Assembly: GCA_965204745.1 (NCBI GenBank)
Contig: OZ242010.1
Location: forward strand, 448,001 to 512,000
Source: Candidatus Latescibacterota bacterium
Lineage (GTDB): Bacteria > Latescibacterota > UBA2968
DNA length: 64,000 nucleotides
Reading direction: 5' to 3'
Shown: in pieces, positions 59,052 through 64,000 of the stretch
Layout: every line of letters begins with the position of its first letter
How positions within the stretch are numbered: position 1 is the stretch's first letter
The notes under the pieces: generated by a model
Database searches by the model: none
What the model saw: the letters and a program-made list of their open reading frames with translations, nothing else
What the model was told of the DNA's origin: nothing
Translations under genes and position numbers: made by a program

Positions 59052-59927
59052 TCATTTCGCGGTGCTGAACGCCGGAAGCAAAAATACCTGTTGCTCTCGT
59101 CGCTGTGGTATCCACGCCCGCCATTCTCGGTCTAATGCCTCGAGATCCTGTGGAATCGCGCGTTTGATGATTTCTAAGTTGTTGTTGTGAAGCAACTTAA
59201 ACCTGATCATATTCCATATACTCGGCGTAGCGCCAGCGGCTCGATTCATCTCCCAGATTATATTCTTGAGTATGCCTTGTCCCTTTTCTGAGGACATGAG
59301 AAAATAGACGAATAACCATCCGAAGGTCCGCATTTTAGCTTCTTGTTTTTTGTACTGGGATTTGGACAGTGAAAAGAAATCAGCCAATGACATCAGTTGC
59401 CCTTCTTTCAGCCACTCTTGGCATGCGCGGTTGCGATCAGGGGCAAAGCCGATCACCGCTTTATCATCATAGACCTCCATCCTTTCGAAATACTCTGCAA
59501 TGCCTTCTTGCAACCATTTGGGGTGCCACAAATGCTCATGCAAAATCGCGTGACTCGCTTCGTGATACACCCTCCTGATGAAATACACCCTCCCGACGGA
59601 ACAACACTCACAATGATTCAAGATCGCGACCTCTTTTTTTTTTACGGAATAATACGCCGGAGCAGAAGTCGAACCACCTCGATATTCGGTATAATCGCTA
59701 TGGCTACCAAATATCTGAAACTTGATCTGAAAACTTTTAGATACCTCGAGATCAAAGACCTTTTTATAGATCCCGATCATCATTTTAATCCCGCGTTCTA
59801 TGGCTTCCCTGTCCGTATCGTCAACTTCGCAGTTGTGCAGATTCAACTGGCAGATATCCTGCGCTGTATCCTGCGCCATCGCCAACTGCGCGCTCAATAG
59901 GATGAGAGACAGAAGTGCAAATTTCAT
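59052..59927 (-). CDS. Secreted zincin metallopeptidase-like protein (DUF1570/peptidase MA-like)
   Basis: Signal peptide; HEASH...WLQEGIAEYF. Confidence 0.7.
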   Translation of the reverse strand: MKFALLSLILLSAQLAMAQDTAQDICQLNLHNCEVDDTDREAIERGIKMMIGIYKKVFDLEVSKSFQIKFQIFGSHSDYTEYRGGSTSAPAYYSVKKKEVAILNHCECCSVGRVYFIRRVYHEASHAILHEHLWHPKWLQEGIAEYFERMEVYDDKAVIGFAPDRNRACQEWLKEGQLMSLADFFSLSKSQYKKQEAKMRTFGWLFVYFLMSSEKGQGILKNIIWEMNRAAGATPSIWNMIRFKLLHNNNLEIIKRAIPQDLEALDREWRAWIPQRREQQVFLLPAFSTAK

Positions 59928-60218
59928 CGCGATCTCCTACGTTAAAATAAAAAAAACGTCAGTGATTTAACAAAGGTCAATGCCATCGCTGTTGCGAAAG
60001 GCAGGATGACCGCACGACCCAAGGCGTTATCGTCGAGAACCTCCGTTTTTGCCCTTATTAATATTTTATGGGATAGGCGCCGATGCCATCAAACGCTCCT
60101 ACCCCATAATCAAAAATGACCTTCGAATCGACTTACTGTTTGGCAACAAGTTACGATACCTGACTTGCGCTCTGTAAACTCACCGCAGTAGCGGTTGCTT
60201 ACTTACCTCGGTTTTGAA

Positions 60219-60382
60219 CTACATTGACCAAGGGTGAACATCTACAACTACATCTGGCAGTGGTGGCAAGTCGATACCAAATTCCTCACTGATTAGATCA
60301 GCGAGTATATCATAGATATCATGCCAGACAACGCATCCACTGGGGCCGATTGCCCAGGGGTTGATACGATTCGCTTCGTCAT
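60219..60382 (-). pseudogene. Frameshifted duplicate of the double-glycine precursor at 62730..62954
   Basis: Same RBS and leader start; 64-bp deletion in the leader; core GCVVWHDIYDILADLISEEFGIDLPPLPDVVVDVHPWSM left out of frame. Confidence 0.85.
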
Positions 60383-60448
60383 TCTCTCACCTCCTTTCTC
60401 ACTTTCACTGAGAACTCACAGCAACAGCGGCTTCTGGCAGACCTTACA

Positions 60449-60694
60449 CTACATTGGCCAAGGCCACGGGTTAAAGGGCCAAGGCCACGGGTTAAAGACG
60501 TCCTCCCAATCTTCCAAAATATCTTCCAGTGGCGAGTCAAATTCCTCGCTGGTATCATCATCTGGAAACGGGTAACATCCACCCGCCCCAGCGACCTGAG
60601 CGATTTGGTGCTCGGTCAGATCAGTCGTTTCAATCGGCAGATTGACCGTAGCTGTGACCGAGTGCTCAGGGTCCGATACGATTCGCCTTGTCAT
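60449..60694 (-). CDS. Double-glycine RiPP precursor peptide C (81 aa)
   Basis: AAGGAGGTG RBS; leader MTRRIVS...DLTEHQIAQVAGAGG; core CYPFPDDDTSEEF...NPWPWPFNPWPWPM. Confidence 0.8.
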   Translation of the reverse strand: MTRRIVSDPEHSVTATVNLPIETTDLTEHQIAQVAGAGGCYPFPDDDTSEEFDSPLEDILEDWEDVFNPWPWPFNPWPWPM

Positions 60695-60803
60695 TTCTCT
60701 CACCTCCTTTCTTTAGGTTAAAAATGGTTTGAACTGATGGCGGTAGGCAATCTATCCTTTTACAGAACCCCTTGGAGTTGACCGCCCCTTCTACTCTTGT
60801 TTA

Positions 60804-61328
60804 TCACCTCTGCTGAATCAAAACGCCATTTTCCGACAGCAGGGACAAAACCTTTTCTGGATTTCTCGACGCGAGGACCACCTGTTTCACTTTCTTTTTT
60901 TGCTTGAGCTTGTAGCGGGTCAGGTAGTCTTCGTTCAATCGCAACCTGATCAACATTGCCCCTGGAAGCCAGCGGCCTTCTCCCAACACAGGCGGCCCTG
61001 CGGCATTGAGGGCTAAACGCATCGCAGGACTTTTGCGATCAACTATGAACTTCTCCGCATACGCGATTGTGCTCAATAAAATCTGTTCCTTGCCGGTAAA
61101 GTGATAGCCAAACGCGATTGTCGTATCGTCTATCTGAATTGTGAAACGCCAATACATCGAGAACACCACGCAAATCAGCACAAGCGCAGTAACCATAACC
61201 AAATGGGTGACAAATTGCATGCCAATCAAATAAACAAAGGCCGTTGCCATCGCTATCATCGCTACTGCGAAAGACAGGATGACCGCCCAGGGCGTTATCG
61301 TTTCGTAATAGACAATATTTCGGTTCAT
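60804..61328 (-). CDS. Hypothetical membrane protein (possible immunity)
   Basis: Two TM helices plus a soluble domain; ATGA overlap with the CPBP gene. Confidence 0.6.
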   Translation of the reverse strand: MNRNIVYYETITPWAVILSFAVAMIAMATAFVYLIGMQFVTHLVMVTALVLICVVFSMYWRFTIQIDDTTIAFGYHFTGKEQILLSTIAYAEKFIVDRKSPAMRLALNAAGPPVLGEGRWLPGAMLIRLRLNEDYLTRYKLKQKKKVKQVVLASRNPEKVLSLLSENGVLIQQR

Positions 61329-62136
61329 TTGGGATGTCCAATGAAGTCATGAACTGTATCCTTACGCGCTTCTACTTCTTTCTGCTTCGCCACCCGGTAA
61401 AACCACCACAGCCCAAGCGTAGCCAATATTACGCCACATAGATTGAGGACTACAACATTTTCCCAAAAATTTGGTACTTCAAAAAATAAAAATGTTACTT
61501 CCAAAAAATTGTTCAGCATGTGCCCCAAAATTGCAGGCCACAAAGATCCCGTTTGGATGACCCACCAGGCAAAGACAATTCCAAATATAAAGGCGACTGG
61601 AAATTGCCATGGATTCAGATGCATTAGACCAAACAGAATGGCCGACCAAACAATCGCCCGATTTTGTGTGTAGTGTGCCGATAGACCTCTCAAGATAATG
61701 CCTCTACAAAGTACCTCTTCAACAAAAGGTCCTATCAGGACGAAAAAAAAAATAAGGATAACAGATCAGATATCTTATTGGAGTCAACTAAGGCATCATA
61801 GGCACGCTGAAATTTTTCAGGTAATGGAATCACATGTTCCACCATTGCGGCTATTTGAAAATTAATGAGCCATAGCCCAAAGATAGATAAACCAACGGAA
61901 AACCATATACGCCAATCCTGGTCTATGTTTAGCAATATATCTTTCCAAGTTCGATTCGTCCGATGCGAAACATAGCACAAAATCAAAATGAGCCCTGTCA
62001 ACATCAAAAGGCCCCTCAGGTAATTATTCTTCATTAACGACTTGTCAATATTACTCGTCAGTATCCCCAAACCTATTGTAATAAGAAGCCATAATATCAG
62101 CAACCAAATTGACTGCTTCAAGTTTGGATACGTCAT
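61325..62136 (-). pseudogene. CPBP/Abi (CAAX-type) intramembrane metalloprotease, frameshifted at a T10 tract
   Basis: The N-terminal half stops just after T10 (61743..61752); the other frame carries PFVEEVLCRG, FGLMH and GHMLNN. Confidence 0.8.
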
Positions 62137-62258
62137 TTTAATCTCCCTAACATTTACTGTGATGCGTTTTTTGTTTTATTTTGCTTTTTTGGGATAGGAG
62201 CGAACATTCTAAAATGCCCCTATCCCAAAATCAAAAGGTAGCTTATTACTGCTTACTC

Positions 62259-62513
62259 CTAATCGTCGCAGCAACAGCAACAGCAACAACTCGGTTCTTC
62301 TTCTTCTTCTAGGACCTCTGAAACAAATTCATAAACCTCGTACGCGATCCACAAGAGAAGTCCGATCCTCCCTTTTGGCTTCGGCTTCTTCCCACCATAC
62401 GTTTCTGCCATGTGGCGACTTTCGAGCATTTCCTCTTGCGGTTGCAACGGATTGCAGGCGACAAACACTTGATCTGTATCTGTCGTCATTCGGTTTGCCA
62501 ATGTTTGAGTCAT
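62259..62513 (-). CDS. Double-glycine precursor peptide B with C-terminal Cys7 run (84 aa)
   Basis: GGAGGA RBS; leader ends ...EMLESRHMAETYGG; core KKPKPKGRIGLLLW...EEEEEPSCCCCCCCDD. Confidence 0.7.
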   Translation of the reverse strand: MTQTLANRMTTDTDQVFVACNPLQPQEEMLESRHMAETYGGKKPKPKGRIGLLLWIAYEVYEFVSEVLEEEEEPSCCCCCCCDD

Positions 62514-62729
62514 GGTATCCTCCAAAAAAGTAAATGAATGGAAACTTACAGCAAGAAAATTGTTTGCCCCTGAATACCCTCTTCGTGAGGGCCTTATTCA
62601 GGGATGAGTTGTGAAATGTCAGGTATGGCCCCAACATCTAAGAAATGTGAGAATTGTGCAGAATAGCCAACACGTCTTCCCACCGCGAACTCACCGCAGT
62701 AGCGGTTTCTGATTGACCTCGGTTTTGAA

Positions 62730-62954
62730 CTACATTGACCAAGGGTGAACATCTACAACTACATCTGGCAGTGGTGGCAAGTCGATACCAAATTCCTCAC
62801 TGATTAGATCAGCGAGTCTATCATAGAGATAAGGCCAGACACATCCCCCAGAGACCAGAGCGGTTTGATGCGCGTTCAGGTCAGTCGTTTTCATCGGCAG
62901 GTTGATCGCAACTGGGGCCGATTGCCCAGGGGTTGATACGATTCGTCTCGTCAT
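62730..62954 (-). CDS. Double-glycine RiPP precursor peptide A (74 aa)
   Basis: AAGGAGGTG RBS; leader homologous to precursor C, ending VSGG; core CVWPYLYDRL...VHPWSM. Confidence 0.82.
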   Translation of the reverse strand: MTRRIVSTPGQSAPVAINLPMKTTDLNAHQTALVSGGCVWPYLYDRLADLISEEFGIDLPPLPDVVVDVHPWSM

Positions 62955-63010
62955 ATTTATCACCTCCTTTCTTTTGCAACTCAGCGCGGGTAGCGTCCCT
63001 TGTGCGTTGA

Positions 63011-64000
63011 TCAGGGGGCCATGAGCATCTCGCTGAGGTGGCGGATTTTGCGAAGCGTTTTGTGGGCTGTGGCTTTCGTATCGCACAGGCCCATCATGAT
63101 GGCTTCGACTTCGTTTGGATGCAGGTATTGCAACAAGTGGAGGCCCAAGCCTTCGAGCAGGGCCATGTCTTGTCCCAAAAATGGGATGCGCGGCAATGGG
63201 CCTTGCTTGCTGCCCAGATGGTTAAAGCCCTTGGCCACGCTTTTCAGCTTGCTGGCCGAGTCGCAGCTTTGGGCAAAGCTGACGGTAATTGGAATGGGGC
63301 ATGCGGGGGCGTCTCGTTTGACCCGCAGATTTTCAAACAGGGCGATGAGTTGCTTTGCCGTGCGATCCCATGAAAACGCGGTTGCGCGTTGACGCGCCTT
63401 CTCGCCTAGTGCCACGCGCTCGGTCTTGATCTTCAACAGATCGCGCACCGCATCCGAAATCGCTTCGGGGGCGATGTACCCCGTCATATTCAGGGGCTCG
63501 TCTTCAAATCGCTCGATCTCGATCAACCGCCCGCAATCCCCGAGCAACTCGGGCGCGCCCGCAAAATTGGTCGCCACGACCGGCAACCCACACGCCATGC
63601 CCTCCAGCACGGTTGAGGGACACGATTCATAGGAATACACGGACAGGGCGCACAGCACATCGAGCATGTTGTAATACAGCGGCATCTGCGGATAGGGTTG
63701 CGCGCCGAGGAAGACCACATTGGGGGGATGTGTCACAGACGCGAACTGCTTGCCGATTACCGCGAACAACACATTGGGATTCAGATCTGCCATCCGCAAA
63801 AACGGATACGCGCCCTTGCCCGGTTCAAACCGCCCGCAAAAGCCCACCACGGGCATTTCCAAAAAGCGTTGATCGCCCGTCTTATCCGCGATCTCTTTTC
63901 GCGCTTGCAACTTGTCTGTCGGCGCGAACACCTCGGCATCGATCCCATTGGTTATGGGGTGCAAATACGACGGGTCATACACCAATTCGCCCAGTTCTTC
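63011..64000 (-). CDS. GT4 (GT-B fold) glycosyltransferase with C-terminal extension (5' end outside window)
   Basis: NGID, CGRFEPGKG, ESCPSTVLEGMACGLPVV, FSWD. Confidence 0.88.
   Translation of the reverse strand, partial: EELGELVYDPSYLHPITNGIDAEVFAPTDKLQARKEIADKTGDQRFLEMPVVGFCGRFEPGKGAYPFLRMADLNPNVLFAVIGKQFASVTHPPNVVFLGAQPYPQMPLYYNMLDVLCALSVYSYESCPSTVLEGMACGLPVVATNFAGAPELLGDCGRLIEIERFEDEPLNMTGYIAPEAISDAVRDLLKIKTERVALGEKARQRATAFSWDRTAKQLIALFENLRVKRDAPACPIPITVSFAQSCDSASKLKSVAKGFNHLGSKQGPLPRIPFLGQDMALLEGLGLHLLQYLHPNEVEAIMMGLCDTKATAHKTLRKIRHLSEMLMAP

Noticed and set aside
60177-62954. Precursor A / A' pair as a diversity-generating retroelement TR/VR
   Set aside because: No reverse transcriptase in the window, the differences are not adenine-specific, and they include indels.

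Overview
Bacterial chromosomal window of moderately high GC, with housekeeping genes heavily interspersed with accessory and defence genes. From left to right it holds: (1) a type I R-M operon (hsdR-hsdM-hsdS, with hsdS running off the left edge); (2) a co-oriented minus-strand lipid cluster (acyl-CoA synthetase, DAGK-like kinase, SDR, eukaryote-like alkyl-DHAP synthase, PlsC-type acyltransferase, fatty acyl-CoA reductase) that looks like a full peroxisome-type ether-lipid pathway; (3) ndk, then an R-M fusion plus S-subunit system followed by a HEPN gene split by an IS5/IS903-group element; (4) the yceD-rpmF-fabH-fabD-fabG-acpP-fabF-rnc-lplA region, interrupted by an orphan HicB, an MTase-HNH/AbiC-like insert, an antitoxin with a toxin stub and a non-autonomous IS608-like element; (5) Schlafen-like and ParA-like genes, higBA, glmL-like, dedA, ddl, tRNA-Thr(TGT), wecB and a convergent HNH-REase/tandem-MTase pair; (6) a ~12 kb RiPP-like cluster running off the right edge (GT4 glycosyltransferase, three intact double-glycine precursors plus a pseudogenised copy, CPBP, S41 and zincin peptidases, cNMP-C39 ABC exporter, HlyD, PpiC-like protein). 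Modular intergenic repeats (7-mer and 9-mer arrays, hairpins, GTAG-REP-like units) recur throughout, and one copy sits in frame inside hlyD between 28-bp duplications. The two best candidates for undescribed biology are the RiPP cluster and the ether-lipid cluster. All calls come from reading motifs by eye; no database searches were run.
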